DNA of 64,000 nt from TPA_inf: Saccharomyces (taxonomy: Eukaryota), in assembly GCA_000146045.2 (NCBI GenBank), contig BK006942.2:128001-192000 (forward strand). The letters are read 5' to 3'. Made by a program: the position numbers and the translations under genes. The notes below the pieces were generated by a model. The model saw only the letters and a list, made by a program, of their open reading frames with translations. It was not told the DNA's origin and did no database searches. Position 1 is the first letter of the stretch, and each line of letters starts with the position of its first letter. Shown piece by piece: positions 1 through 13,569 of this stretch.

Positions 1-123
1 CACAGCATAGCAGCTGTGTATATCTTAAATAAGATGTAGACTGGTTTGCATTTGGAAAGGTTTTGTGTAAGAAAAGCAATACTTGAGGTAAAACAAGAGA
101 AAAAAAAACACTTTACTAACTAA

Positions 124-1581
<1,458 letters not shown>

Positions 1582-2609
1582 GCTACGTGACTACTACTTT
1601 TCCTTTTTTTTTTCTTTTTTCGAACACATCTCACCCCCTATACCTCACACAATCACTATGGTCCCCTTTTCTTTTTACCGATATTTATACTGTCCACCTT
1701 TTTCTTTTCGTTAATGGCCTCAATGTTTCTGTACCATTATCCAAGTGAACTTGTTAGACGACCAAATATAGCCAAGATTCATTACGATTATCTTTAACTA
1801 GCAAGTAGTATTCTTGGATAGAGAGATTTTCAAAGACGGAACAATTTTAAATAGATTTACATAAGAAAACACATACTGTCCGATACCCATAAGAAATTTA
1901 AGAACTCTTTTCATCTTCAGCTTTCCGGCCTCCTTTTACTGTAGCCTGTTCCTAGACAGCTAAAAATAGTACATATGCAGCTCTGCAATAGTCTCAAAGG
2001 GGATATTGTGTAGGTTTACGAAATCATCACATTTCCGAATCAGGACATGAAGGCACAACTTTCCGCACGTAGTGTTTTCAGCCCCCAGCGCCTGTCGGCG
2101 CGAAGAGGATCTGCGGAGATGAGCTTTGCCCCGCCATTACCCGTAAAATATTACTGTTTTGGGCAATTGTGGATCAAAAAGGGAAAATGCGGATGGTGAA
2201 AAAAATTTTTGGAAATTTACTGCTTCAGATGGGGGAACTTTGTAAGTTCTTCCTTTTTTTTCGTAGAGGTTGGAAAATTCAGAGTGCTAAGAAATTAAAA
2301 GGTATGCACTGCCTATTCTCATAAAAGCAAAAGTGCACAAAAATAATAAGGTGTGAAGCAATAGTAGAAAAGACACTGGGAACCCAAGGTATCTTATTTT
2401 AACAGATAAGTAAAACTAAGATCAAATCGCGTACTGATATCACTTAAGGTTCGCGTATTTTAAAGGCTACGCAGAAGAGGAAATAAATTGCGTGCAATCC
2501 CTGCGCTTAACTCATACAAAAAGGCGCAAAACATTTCAAGAGTCCCACGATTAATTGCAGAAATTGAAAAAAAATAAGTAAAGACGAAAATCAAAGTGGA
2601 TGCCATATT

Positions 2610-3665
2610 ATGAAGCAGGAGCCACATAGACAATCCGAAGAAAAAGAGAAGCCGAAAGGACCAATGGCTGTTGAACGAGAGCAGCATACCTCATTATCTT
2701 CTGGTACAACCGTGACAGCTAGTACAGGAGACGAGAGTACCAACAGTAGACCAGTGGAATCATCGCAAACAGAAAAGTCTCTATCGCTTCGAATAAGAAT
2801 ATTAAAACAACTTGGGTTTGACGATATTCAAGAACTAAATGCATGCGACACTGGCCTAGTGGAGCAATTTTTAAACGTACGATTGATAAACGACACAAAA
2901 GAACTAGAAAAGATACGCGAGTCAAATCTTGCGAAACTAAACCAGATTATTGATAAATGTATGGAAAGTGATAAAATAAGTGATTCGACATTAAACAAGA
3001 TTCTTGATATGTCCATGAATAGAGATACAAATAATGATAACAACAATCATCTTACGATACCGTCTCCGATAACGACAAAGAAACGCAAGATAAACGCCTC
3101 CGAACTTGCAAGTCCACGAGGCCATAGAAGATATAGATCTGATATACCTACAGTGTCAGAAGTTGAGACAGGGGTCGGATACCCTCAAATACACCAGCAA
3201 CCAGGCGCATATACTTTACCTATGCCTGCAAATCAGTGGATGAGCAACCCGTATATGCAACCTCCGCAACCACAAGTGCAACAGATAATGCCGCAGTATT
3301 TATATCCACCAGGGATGGGACCACAAGCTCAGCTTCCTACAATGAGCTCAAACTCGGAGTCCCAGACACCAGTGATGAGCTCACAGTTTCTTTCCTTGAA
3401 CCAGCATGGCCTTTACCAACAAAATATAGGTGCTCATCCGGTAATGAGTATGGGCCCACAGGCAAATATATACGGGCAGCAGCACCAGCTGCAACCTGGT
3501 CAGGAACGAGACCAGTCAAGAAAAAGTTTTAGTCATAGAAGGTCACAAAGTGCCAATATTTCCATGGCAAATTTTAGGTCGCCCATGCGAAATCCCCAGC
3601 CGGCTTCGTCCCAAAGGCCCGTCAATTTTCTCATTCATACACCAAAACATCCTCCTCCCACATGA
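2610..3665 (+). CDS. POG1: Pog1 transcriptional activator (promoter of growth)
   Basis: 351-aa ORF, Q/P-rich C-terminus; recognised as POG1; synteny SIM1-POG1-QDR2. Confidence 0.85.
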   Translation: MKQEPHRQSEEKEKPKGPMAVEREQHTSLSSGTTVTASTGDESTNSRPVESSQTEKSLSLRIRILKQLGFDDIQELNACDTGLVEQFLNVRLINDTKELEKIRESNLAKLNQIIDKCMESDKISDSTLNKILDMSMNRDTNNDNNNHLTIPSPITTKKRKINASELASPRGHRRYRSDIPTVSEVETGVGYPQIHQQPGAYTLPMPANQWMSNPYMQPPQPQVQQIMPQYLYPPGMGPQAQLPTMSSNSESQTPVMSSQFLSLNQHGLYQQNIGAHPVMSMGPQANIYGQQHQLQPGQERDQSRKSFSHRRSQSANISMANFRSPMRNPQPASSQRPVNFLIHTPKHPPPT

Positions 3666-4243
3666 CGTGCAGTAATTTTCATTTTTATCACCTAATTTCT
3701 AAAACTATATCCCTTCCTAACCTTCATTCGATGCATCCGTCCACCTTACTTCAGTTCAAAAAAAAATATATATCCATATATATGCTACAGTGTTATTATT
3801 ACGATTTCTTTGCCTTTACTCCTTATCTCATTTCAATCATGAATAAACAGGATATTGATAATATATGCTGTCATTTTGGATTCAGTCTGCTTAACTGTCT
3901 TGTCCACCCCCGGTGTTCTTACCCGTCTGAGCGGTCGTAAGACGGAGGTAATAATTTTTCAGCATCCTGACCTCCCCCCCAAATCTGTGCCTTTCACCAC
4001 ATTTTTCTCGAGAAAATGTGTCTTGGCTCAGATGATGTCGTATGAGCTACTGGACTTTTTTTTGTTGGCCCTGATGAAAATAGTAATGGCGGTTACAGAA
4101 CAGATAAACGGCGTCACCATCTTTTCCTAGATAAAGAAGCAATCTCTAGATAATGGGGTATATAAATATACATTGTAAAAACGGCAAGTCAGTTGCTGGT
4201 CATTTTAGTAGAAACTCTGCTCTCAAACTTGAGTACTGCAACG

Positions 4244-5872
4244 ATGGCAGGAGCAACATCAAGTATAATTCGGGAAAATGATTTTGAGGACGAGCTTGCG
4301 GAGAGTATGCAGTCATATAATAGAGAAACTGCAGACAAATTGGCTTTGACTAGGACCGAGAGTGTAAAGCCAGAACCGGAGATAACCGCTCCGCCTCACT
4401 CACGCTTTTCCCGTTCTTTCAAGACAGTTTTAATAGCTCAGTGCGCTTTCACTGGGTTTTTCTCCACAATAGCAGGTGCCATCTACTATCCAGTTCTGAG
4501 CGTTATAGAAAGAAAATTCGATATTGACGAGGAATTGGTGAATGTCACTGTTGTAGTATATTTTGTATTTCAGGGTCTTGCCCCCACATTCATGGGCGGG
4601 TTTGCCGATTCACTGGGCAGGAGACCGGTGGTGCTTGTCGCAATCGTCATTTATTTTGGTGCCTGCATCGGTCTTGCTTGTGCTCAAACGTATGCTCAGA
4701 TCATTGTGCTAAGATGTCTACAAGCCGCCGGTATTTCACCCGTGATTGCGATTAACAGCGGAATAATGGGAGATGTTACTACTAGAGCCGAGCGCGGCGG
4801 GTACGTTGGATATGTTGCTGGATTTCAAGTTCTAGGTTCTGCGTTCGGAGCCCTTATCGGTGCCGGATTATCATCTAGATGGGGATGGAGAGCCATCTTT
4901 TGGTTCTTAGCAATTGGATCTGGCATTTGCTTCCTAGCCTCGTTTTTAATTTTGCCAGAAACAAAGAGGAACATATCCGGGAATGGTTCTGTCACCCCAA
5001 AATCATACTTAAATAGAGCTCCCATTCTTGTTTTGCCAACAGTAAGAAAATCATTGCATTTGGATAATCCAGATTACGAAACATTGGAACTGCCCACGCA
5101 ACTAAATCTACTGGCGCCCTTCAAGATTTTGAAAGCTTATGAAATTTGTATACTTATGCTAGTCGCTGGATTACAATTTGCCATGTATACTACGCACCTT
5201 ACGGCGTTATCCACAGCTTTGAGTAAACAATATCACTTGACTGTTGCAAAGGTAGGATTATGCTACCTTCCCTCCGGTATCTGCACATTATGTAGTATTG
5301 TCATTGCTGGAAGATATTTGAATTGGAATTACAGGCGCAGATTAAAATATTACCAAAATTGGTTGGGCAAGAAGAGATCAAAGCTTTTAGAAGAACACGA
5401 CAACGACCTTAATTTGGTGCAACGTATCATAGAAAATGATCCCAAATACACCTTTAATATCTTCAAGGCGAGGTTGCAACCCGCATTTGTTACCTTGCTT
5501 TTAAGCAGTAGCGGATTTTGTGCGTACGGATGGTGCATTACTGTCAAAGCCCCTTTAGCGGCCGTTCTTTGCATGAGTGGATTTGCGTCGCTGTTTTCCA
5601 ATTGCATTTTGACTTTTTCAACAACTCTAATAGTTGATCTTTTTCCCACGAAGACATCTACGGCTACGGGATGTTTAAACCTTTTCAGATGCATTCTATC
5701 TGCTGTGTTTATAGCTGCATTGAGTAAAATGGTAGAAAAAATGAAATTCGGAGGTGTTTTTACATTTTTGGGGGCTTTAACCTCCTCGTCATCGATCCTC
5801 TTATTTATTCTCTTGAGAAAAGGTAAAGAATTAGCCTTTAAGAGGAAAAAGCAAGAACTGGGAGTAAATTAA
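4244..5872 (+). CDS. QDR2: MFS (DHA1 family) multidrug/polyamine exporter Qdr2
   Basis: ORF track begins at 4193 but recognised Qdr2 N-terminus is [13 protein letters not shown] at 4244 (542 aa); 12-TM MFS signature; ~75% identical to downstream QDR1. Confidence 0.88.
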
Positions 5873-6416
5873 GAAGTAAAGCTTCTTGAATCAAAGGAAA
5901 ATGTTCCTTTTGATCGCTCCACTACCGAGAAAGAGGAATTGGTGTGATAAGTCTTCTCAAATAGAAAGTAATAGTAAGTATTTTTTTTTTTTTAATCTGA
6001 ACTCTGTAATAACTAAAATTAGAGTTAGCAGCACGATTCACTAACATAGAACGGCTAGTACTGAGTTTTGCCTTTATTATTCTCCGCCATTTTTTGCCAA
6101 GGCCGAAAATATGCTGGAGGTGCGAAATTCGGAGATTCGGGTTTCATGTTTCTGGCCCGGTTGTTAACGGACCCTTTATCTCATCTTCTGATCTTGGAGT
6201 TTCTTCTAGTTGATAAAACCATGGTGAAGCTGAAAGGTTTGAAGAATCTCTATCACTGTAGCAAAAAAATCTTCTTACAACAAAAAAAGTAAGCAAGCAA
6301 TCAGCGTTCAAAGGAACTTATTCTTGCTTAAAAAAAGTGATAATCTCTTAGCACTACCATCTTCTATTAATAAAAAAATAACAGATAGCTCATGAAGAGA
6401 CTTCTATAAGTAAATC

Positions 6417-8108
6417 ATGACCAAACAACAAACTTCTGTAATGCGTAACGCATCTATAGCCAAGGAAGAACGTGAAGGATCTGATAATAATAATGTGGAC
6501 AGATCCAGCTCAGATGCCATCAGTGACAACGACGCAGAAAGATCTAATTCTCATTCTGAAATAGATAACGAATCAAATTTTGATATGGTGCCTTATTCAA
6601 GGTTCAGCCATAAGCAAAAAATGCTTCTTGTCGTTCAGTGTGCCTTCACAGGCTTTTTTTCAACCGTGGCAGGGTCTATCTACTATCCAGTGCTTACTAT
6701 TATTGAGAGGAAATTTAACATCACAGAAGAGTTAGCTAATGTCACTATTGTGGTTTATTTTATTTTCCAAGGGGTGGCTCCTTCAATTATGGGTGGTTTA
6801 GCTGATACATTTGGAAGGCGGCCTATTGTATTATGGGCAATCTTAGCCTACTTCTGTGCCTGCATCGGACTGGCATGTGCACATAATTACGCCCAAATCC
6901 TGGCTTTAAGGTGTTTACAGGCAGCAGGTATTTCTCCTGTTATTGCAATAAATAGCGGAATAATGGGAGATGTAACGACAAAAGTAGAGAGGGGTGGATA
7001 TGTTGGATTGGTTGCAGGGTTCCAAGTTGTTGGAACTGCATTCGGTGCATTGATTGGTGCCGGATTATCCTCGAAATGGGGTTGGAGGGCAATTTTTTGG
7101 TTTTTGGCTATTGGTTCCGGAATTTGTCTAGTTTTTTCAACCTTATTGATGCCAGAGACAAAAAGAACTTTGGTGGGAAACGGCTCCGTAACACCAAGGT
7201 CATTTTTGAATAGGTCTTTGATATTGCATGTTGGTTCCGTAAAAAAAACATTACATTTAGACGATCCTGACCCTGAGACCTTAGAACCACGTACTAGCGT
7301 GGATTTTTTAGCACCTTTAAAAATTTTGCACATACGAGAAATAGACATTTTATTGTCCATTGCCGGCCTGCAATTTTCCACGTGGACCACTCATCAAACA
7401 GCCTTAACAATTGTATTGAGTAAAAAGTACAATCTATCTGTTGCAAAAATAGGCCTGTGCTTTTTACCTGCAGGAATCTCGACACTGACAAGTATTATCT
7501 CTGCTGGTCGGTACTTAAATTGGAGCTACAGAACAAGAAAGGTTAAATACAACAGATGGATTAAAGAACAAGAATTACAGCTGATGGAGAAATATAAAGG
7601 TGATAAAAACAAGGTAGCAGAACTTATTCACTCTAATTCTCATTATGCATTCAATTTAGTGGAGGCAAGGTTGCATCCAGCATTTGTGACACTTCTTCTC
7701 AGTAGCATTGGCTTTACTGCCTTTGGATGGTGTATTTCGGTGAAAACACCGCTTGCTGCTGTATTATGCACAAGTGCATTTGCAAGTTTATTTTCAAACT
7801 GTATTTTGACCTTCTCTACTACTTTGATAGTAGATCTCTTTCCGTCTAAGGCTTCTACCGCAACAGGTTGCTTAAATTTATTTAGATGTCTCCTATCCGC
7901 AATTTTCATTGCAGCACTGACCAAGATGGTCGAGAAGATGAGATATGGAGGTGTTTTTACGTTTTTGAGTGCTATAACTTCATCTTCATCGCTTTTATTA
8001 TTCTATCTCCTGAAGAATGGGAAACAACTATCGTTCGATAGGATTAGGGCAAATGATAAGTCGGCTGGAAGGTCAGTTGGTAAAAATTCAGAAAAAGTTT
8101 CGACGTGA
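6417..8108 (+). CDS. QDR1: MFS (DHA1 family) multidrug transporter Qdr1
   Basis: 563-aa ORF, MFS motifs ([11 protein letters not shown]), tandem paralog of QDR2 immediately upstream. Confidence 0.9.
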   Translation: MTKQQTSVMRNASIAKEEREGSDNNNVDRSSSDAISDNDAERSNSHSEIDNESNFDMVPYSRFSHKQKMLLVVQCAFTGFFSTVAGSIYYPVLTIIERKFNITEELANVTIVVYFIFQGVAPSIMGGLADTFGRRPIVLWAILAYFCACIGLACAHNYAQILALRCLQAAGISPVIAINSGIMGDVTTKVERGGYVGLVAGFQVVGTAFGALIGAGLSSKWGWRAIFWFLAIGSGICLVFSTLLMPETKRTLVGNGSVTPRSFLNRSLILHVGSVKKTLHLDDPDPETLEPRTSVDFLAPLKILHIREIDILLSIAGLQFSTWTTHQTALTIVLSKKYNLSVAKIGLCFLPAGISTLTSIISAGRYLNWSYRTRKVKYNRWIKEQELQLMEKYKGDKNKVAELIHSNSHYAFNLVEARLHPAFVTLLLSSIGFTAFGWCISVKTPLAAVLCTSAFASLFSNCILTFSTTLIVDLFPSKASTATGCLNLFRCLLSAIFIAALTKMVEKMRYGGVFTFLSAITSSSSLLLFYLLKNGKQLSFDRIRANDKSAGRSVGKNSEKVST

Positions 8109-8653
8109 AGAAAAAAAGTCGTAAAACTAAAAAGTCTCTGCCCCCACTTTCCAGAAACAGATATCTATATTTTATAACAAAGACGTACGGCATCATTTAA
8201 AGTATCTAAAATTTCTTTGAAGAGATCACATAAAAAATTTTCACCTTCTTTTTCTCTTTTTGGCTGTCCAAGTAAACAAAACATAAACTGCTTCAACCAA
8301 AGATAAAACTTGAGAAAATCCAAAATGAACAATAAGGACATTTCTTGGTGACAGATTCGTTAAGTTTCATTATTTTTTTCACTTATTTTATAGAAAAAAA
8401 TCGGATGTTGAATGGGCATAAATATAAATGTATATATAAGTAATATTGTCTTGTTTCCCTGGAGAAGTAAATGAAAAATGAAATAGCATACAAAACAGAC
8501 ATAAAATTTAAAACAGAAATGAAATGAGCATTTAAAATTAATTAAAAGGTGAAACGACGAATTGAAAATTATTGATGAGGGTGAAGGGAAACAGGGAATG
8601 TGCTAGAATTAAAGGGGTAGAAAATTTATGGTGGAGACTTCCCGATACATACT

Positions 8654-9877
8654 TTAATGTTGTTGCATAAAATTTTCTGAGTCTGAAGTTGACATATTAT
8701 GCAACGGTTTATTTTGTTGGTAAAATTTATGGTTTAATTGCTTAACTTCATTTTTTAAGCAGTTTACTTGTTCCTTTAAATTTTCAATAGTGTTAAACAT
8801 TGTTTGCCACATGTATATGACATCTGTAGAGAAAACTGGGGAAATTTGTTCTTGTTGTGCATCGCGCGGTAGCTGTATAGGCATTGTTTGCTGGAAAAAT
8901 GGCGATGGTGGAGTTTGCAGGATTAGATTGTCTGCCGGTGCTGATGACAAAAGGGAAAATTGAGCCGGGCTAATGAAGGATGGTTCTCCTTTGGTATCCA
9001 AAGCTGGCAAAGATTCTAATTTATCGAGGTTGATACTTGACTGAATATGCTCTGGTGTACTAAAAACATTAGTACTATGATTACTATTCCTATTAATATT
9101 ATTGCTATTATTATTGTTGCTATTGTTACTATTGTTAATATTATTATTGTTATTGTTACAATTATTATAATAATGGTTATTAATATTATCATTAGTACCA
9201 TTCTTGTTCGGCTTCAATGTTTTTTGCGACTTGAGTATAATGTTTCCGTTTACAAAACTAAAAGTGTTTTGTAACTGCACTAGCAAATACTGCATTCTAG
9301 ATAATTTTGACGGATCAAAATTTAAGTTTGAGCCTGCCTCTTGTTTTGATTTTTTTTTCTTTTGCTTGGATTTCTTTGATGGATGCACTTTCAAAGACTT
9401 TGTGTATAAGACTTTAAATCTATCATGACATTGACGAGAGTTTCTCTCGTACCCATATTGTTGGAATAGGATTTTTGAAATTTTTTTCCAAAAATTCTTC
9501 ATAGGCTTGAAATATTCTACGAATGTTAGTAATTGAGAATTATTCATTATTGTAGTAATGAATGCTATATCCTCAGGCTCTTTCCATTTTTTCCTTATCT
9601 GTCTTGCAGACGAGGAGGATGAATTAGAGTTGTTTAGCTCATTTTCGTCAATAGAGCCTGAGTTGGAGTTGGAGTTCGAATTAGAATTGGAGTTCGAATT
9701 CGAATTTGAACTGGAAATTATTCTTGGAGTAACTAAAGAGCAGTCCGAACCCGTTTCTTCATTAAAATTTGAAGTAATGGGTGTGTTTAAATTTGGTGAA
9801 TAATCAGGGAAATTTTTGCTTATAGTGCTAGACTCATCCATTAGGTTCAACTTCGGTTGAAGATATTCCAAGTACAT
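8654..9877 (-). CDS. RPI1: Rpi1 transcriptional regulator (Ras inhibitor)
   Basis: 407-aa ORF with (NS)n and poly-Asn tracts; recognised as RPI1; position between QDR1 and RHO3. Confidence 0.85.
   Translation of the reverse strand: MYLEYLQPKLNLMDESSTISKNFPDYSPNLNTPITSNFNEETGSDCSLVTPRIISSSNSNSNSNSNSNSNSNSGSIDENELNNSNSSSSSARQIRKKWKEPEDIAFITTIMNNSQLLTFVEYFKPMKNFWKKISKILFQQYGYERNSRQCHDRFKVLYTKSLKVHPSKKSKQKKKKSKQEAGSNLNFDPSKLSRMQYLLVQLQNTFSFVNGNIILKSQKTLKPNKNGTNDNINNHYYNNCNNNNNNINNSNNSNNNNSNNINRNSNHSTNVFSTPEHIQSSINLDKLESLPALDTKGEPSFISPAQFSLLSSAPADNLILQTPPSPFFQQTMPIQLPRDAQQEQISPVFSTDVIYMWQTMFNTIENLKEQVNCLKNEVKQLNHKFYQQNKPLHNMSTSDSENFMQQH
9050..9200 (-). repeat. Imperfect AAT/ATT trinucleotide repeat encoding poly-Asn in RPI1
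   Basis: attattattgttgctattgttactattgttaatattattattgttattgtt... Confidence 0.8.
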
Positions 9878-10429
9878 TTTATAAATATCAGTAATAAAAT
9901 GATGAGAAAAAAAAAAAAAGACTTAAAAAAAAGGACTGAGAAATAGTTAAACGAATACGATAATATGATATACTACCATGAACTGTAGTCTGGATAACCA
10001 AACGGAAAAAAAGGAAATACAAAAAAAGTCAGATTGTAAGGAAAAAAAAAGAGTAGTTTCAGTATTACGAAAACTATTAGATCTTTCTTTAATTTGAACA
10101 AGAAAACAAGACTATAAAAAAAAATACTCTTTAGGATGCAGACATAAAAGAACAATACGACCGTCCCTTATTTATATATAGTCCATAGAAATAATCTCAA
10201 CCAATATAATATGCAAGAAAATAACGAAGTAAGGAACAAGCACAATGGTACGCCCGGTCTTGAAAAAGTTTAAAACAGTACTCGACCCTAGGCGCTAGGG
10301 TGGGTGACGCATTTTAACTTTGCAACAGAATGCCATATGCGGTGTTAACCTCACAAGATCGGCTCTACTATCTGCAAGCTGCGGCAAATACCAGAGAAAA
10401 TTCCATTCCCGTCGACAAAATTTAACCGA

Positions 10430-10443
10430 CCCCCCCCCCCCCC
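10430..10443. repeat. C14 homopolymer
   Basis: 14 consecutive C in RPI1-RHO3 intergenic region; very unusual in AT-rich yeast intergenic DNA. Confidence 0.95.
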
Positions 10444-10444
10444 A

Positions 10445-10455
10445 ATTTACGTTTA
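10445..10455. promoter_or_regulatory. 11/11 ARS consensus sequence match (ATTTACGTTTA)
   Basis: Exact WTTTAYRTTTW two nt after the C14 tract, inside a 1.9-kb intergenic region. Confidence 0.3.
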
Positions 10456-11751
10456 TCAGCTAATCCAAATGTGGAAGGGCAACATTCTCGACGACTCCTT
10501 TTTCCGTAATTTAAGTTTGCCCAGGCAAAATCTTATACTTGTTTTCGTAAGAGAAAGATGCGCAGATCCTTTAAGGTTACCTTCAAGCAAATCCAGAAGC
10601 ACAAATGGCAGGGGAGAAAAGACATGAAGCAGGAGTAGTCAACCGCAAAAACCCCCGCGGGCTTGTTGTTCTGCACATTTTTGATGTGTTTGTTCCTAAG
10701 ACAAAGTCCTAACTTAGGGTAGTAAGTGACTATATTCTGCACGCTCTTAAAGCAGCCACCTCGTTTAATTTTGCATGCTTATATAAGCTTATAAACGAAG
10801 TACCTGAGGACCTGCATCGGCCGGCCCATGTGAAAAGGAAGTATTTACTTTTTCTTCTTCTTTACTATGGAAATAGCTGGAATCCGACTATGCATATGCG
10901 TAAGAAAAGAAAATGAAGGAGTTTTCACAGGAAAGCACACTTGCATACTGGGCACAAGTGAGGAGAGGGGCCTGTAATGCTTCTGTGTTTAAAAGACTCC
11001 GAAATTAGTCAACGCAGATTTGCAGATGCACGCAAGAATACATAATCAATCACAGTAAGCACATCTCCCCAAGGAAAGAGTAAATGCCTTCGAGCCAGCA
11101 TTGTGGTCATGCGAGATGTCTAAGAAAAATACTTCGATAAGCACGAGGAAATGTAATATGTCTATCTACCTTATTTTTTTTACAATAAACATATAATAAA
11201 TCCCTTATCTGGTCACGTGAATTAAACTTCGGGTGTGTTGTAAGAATGGAAGGAGTAAGCGAAACTCAAATTGAGGCCACTTACCACTTCCGGTCGAGCC
11301 CGGCCCAGAACCAGTCGTCGGCCAACTTTTTTCTTGGAACAGCGTTACCGCACCTACGCGAGAAATAGTAGATTATAGATAAGAAATACAAGGAGAGGGG
11401 TGTGGATGAGCTTTTTTACAAAATAGTGTAAGGCGTCCGGGAAACCCCAAGAACGTTTTTTGACATCCACTAACAGGATTACCCGTCATAGATATACTGG
11501 TGCCATTACCCGTTAATGGCATCTTGTATATTTCTTTTATCTTTCTTAACATTCCTGAAAATTGGTAAACAGTAAAAAGAAAAGAAAAAGAAAGAAAAAA
11601 CATGTATTATTTTGAATTTACTGGAAAATAGGCAACCATTGATTTTCGTTTTTTTATCGTTCTCATCTCTAGCTCTGGTCAGCATTTTTTACTTTATAAC
11701 AACAAGTTTTTCATTAAAATCCATAGTAGCACAAGGTAAAGGGAAACAAAC

Positions 11752-12447
11752 ATGTCATTTCTATGTGGGTCAGCTTCAACGTCAAATAAACCGATCGAAA
11801 GAAAGATCGTTATTTTGGGCGACGGTGCCTGTGGTAAAACTTCGTTGCTGAATGTTTTCACCAGAGGTTATTTTCCCGAAGTTTATGAGCCTACTGTTTT
11901 TGAAAACTATATCCATGATATTTTCGTTGACAGTAAACATATCACGCTATCGTTGTGGGATACTGCGGGCCAAGAGGAATTTGACAGGTTACGATCCTTG
12001 TCTTATTCAGATACGCAATGTATAATGTTATGTTTCAGTATTGATTCACGCGATTCTTTAGAAAATGTCCAAAATAAATGGGTGGGTGAAATCACTGATC
12101 ATTGTGAAGGCGTCAAGTTAGTCTTAGTTGCACTAAAGTGTGACTTAAGAAACAATGAAAATGAATCTAACGCAATCACACCGAACAATATCCAACAGGA
12201 TAACAGCGTTTCTAACGACAACGGAAATAACATAAATAGCACCTCAAACGGCAAAAACCTGATAAGTTATGAAGAAGGTCTAGCTATGGCTAAAAAGATC
12301 GGTGCGCTACGTTATTTGGAATGTAGCGCTAAGCTGAATAAAGGTGTCAACGAAGCTTTCACAGAAGCCGCAAGAGTTGCTTTAACCGCGGGCCCAGTAG
12401 CAACCGAAGTGAAAAGTGACAGTGGATCCAGCTGTACCATTATGTAA
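11752..12447 (+). CDS. RHO3: Rho-family small GTPase Rho3
   Basis: 231-aa ORF; P-loop GDGACGKT, DTAGQE switch II, C-terminal CAAX box CTIM; N-terminus MSFLCGSASTSNKPIERK matches Rho3. Confidence 0.93.
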   Translation: MSFLCGSASTSNKPIERKIVILGDGACGKTSLLNVFTRGYFPEVYEPTVFENYIHDIFVDSKHITLSLWDTAGQEEFDRLRSLSYSDTQCIMLCFSIDSRDSLENVQNKWVGEITDHCEGVKLVLVALKCDLRNNENESNAITPNNIQQDNSVSNDNGNNINSTSNGKNLISYEEGLAMAKKIGALRYLECSAKLNKGVNEAFTEAARVALTAGPVATEVKSDSGSSCTIM

Positions 12448-12612
12448 TATAATAAGACACGGACGCACACACAAAAGAATAGAACCCAAAAAGAGAGACT
12501 AAACAAATAATATAATAAGTTATAGAAGTTAATAATACTCCTACTATTTTATATTTTTTATGTAATTACTACCACTGCTTAAAAAAAATATTGCAAAATA
12601 TCATAAAAGTTT

Positions 12613-13569
12613 TTACTCATCCTGTTCTTTCCCCTCCAGCATGTGCTCGAGATAAGTCGAAGGTGTAGGTTTTCTTTTGGACTGTACGACCAACAAATTA
12701 CCCTTACTATGGTTACGATTTACGCTACCATCACTTTCTGGTGAATTAAGCAGCTTTCGACTTGGTGAAGATGCAATTTTTGCGGGTTTCCTTATGTCTT
12801 CACCCACCTCCTTTTCATTACCGTTATCGAGCGACGATGCGGATGATGAAGAGATTGTAGACACCAGAGAATTTGTAGATACATTATCACTTGTCATAAT
12901 CACAGGTTTCTGTAATAATCTAGGGCTTTCTTGGTAAAGTTTAGATAGCCTTGTTTTGTATAAGATATCACCTGTTGGTGAAATGAAAAGTGAATTTCTG
13001 TTGGATTCGGATGCAAGAGAGAATAGCGGCCTTTCGAAATTACTTAAGAATGGTTTTTCATTATTAGTATGAGATACAAGTGCATCTTTCACCGATTCAT
13101 CCTTATTTCCGGGACTAATATCGGACTCGCTGATATGGACCTGATCTTGGAAATTTTCTTTGGCGGGATAATCCATATATGGGGAATCGCCGTAAAACTG
13201 GGTATGTTGTGTGGAAAACATCTTTGATTCGTAGTCCTGAACACTTCTGGTCAACCTATGCGAAGAATAAGTTGTTATTACCCACCATAGCAATATTGCC
13301 AAAAAAATCACTCCCGCGATTCCCCCCACTACAATGAAAACTGTTCCATTAGGCATATCCCCGGAATCCAAAATATAAGGATTACCATTTCTAGAGGGAG
13401 GAGTAATACTTGGTATAATAGAAGAGGATGTAGAGTTGGACAAAAGTGGTAAAGAAGATGAAGAAGAAGCAACAGATGTTATCGTACTACTTGAACTGGC
13501 AGTTGTTGTCGAAGAAGTGGAAGTGGTTAATTTTGGAAGGCCTCTCTTGGCAATGGTGATTACTGTCAT
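12613..13569 (-). CDS. PRM5: Pheromone-regulated membrane protein Prm5
   Basis: 318-aa ORF, Ser-rich N-terminus, single TM segment (IVVGGIAGVIFLAILLWWVIT); position between RHO3 and HIS5. Confidence 0.8.
   Translation of the reverse strand: MTVITIAKRGLPKLTTSTSSTTTASSSSTITSVASSSSSLPLLSNSTSSSIIPSITPPSRNGNPYILDSGDMPNGTVFIVVGGIAGVIFLAILLWWVITTYSSHRLTRSVQDYESKMFSTQHTQFYGDSPYMDYPAKENFQDQVHISESDISPGNKDESVKDALVSHTNNEKPFLSNFERPLFSLASESNRNSLFISPTGDILYKTRLSKLYQESPRLLQKPVIMTSDNVSTNSLVSTISSSSASSLDNGNEKEVGEDIRKPAKIASSPSRKLLNSPESDGSVNRNHSKGNLLVVQSKRKPTPSTYLEHMLEGKEQDE

Noticed and set aside
4825-5694. Antisense ORFs inside QDR2 (66 and 114 aa), with counterparts inside QDR1 (6887-7390, 7643-7924)
   Set aside because: They are mirror images produced by the QDR1/QDR2 paralogy and lie fully within well-supported sense genes; no independent coding signal.
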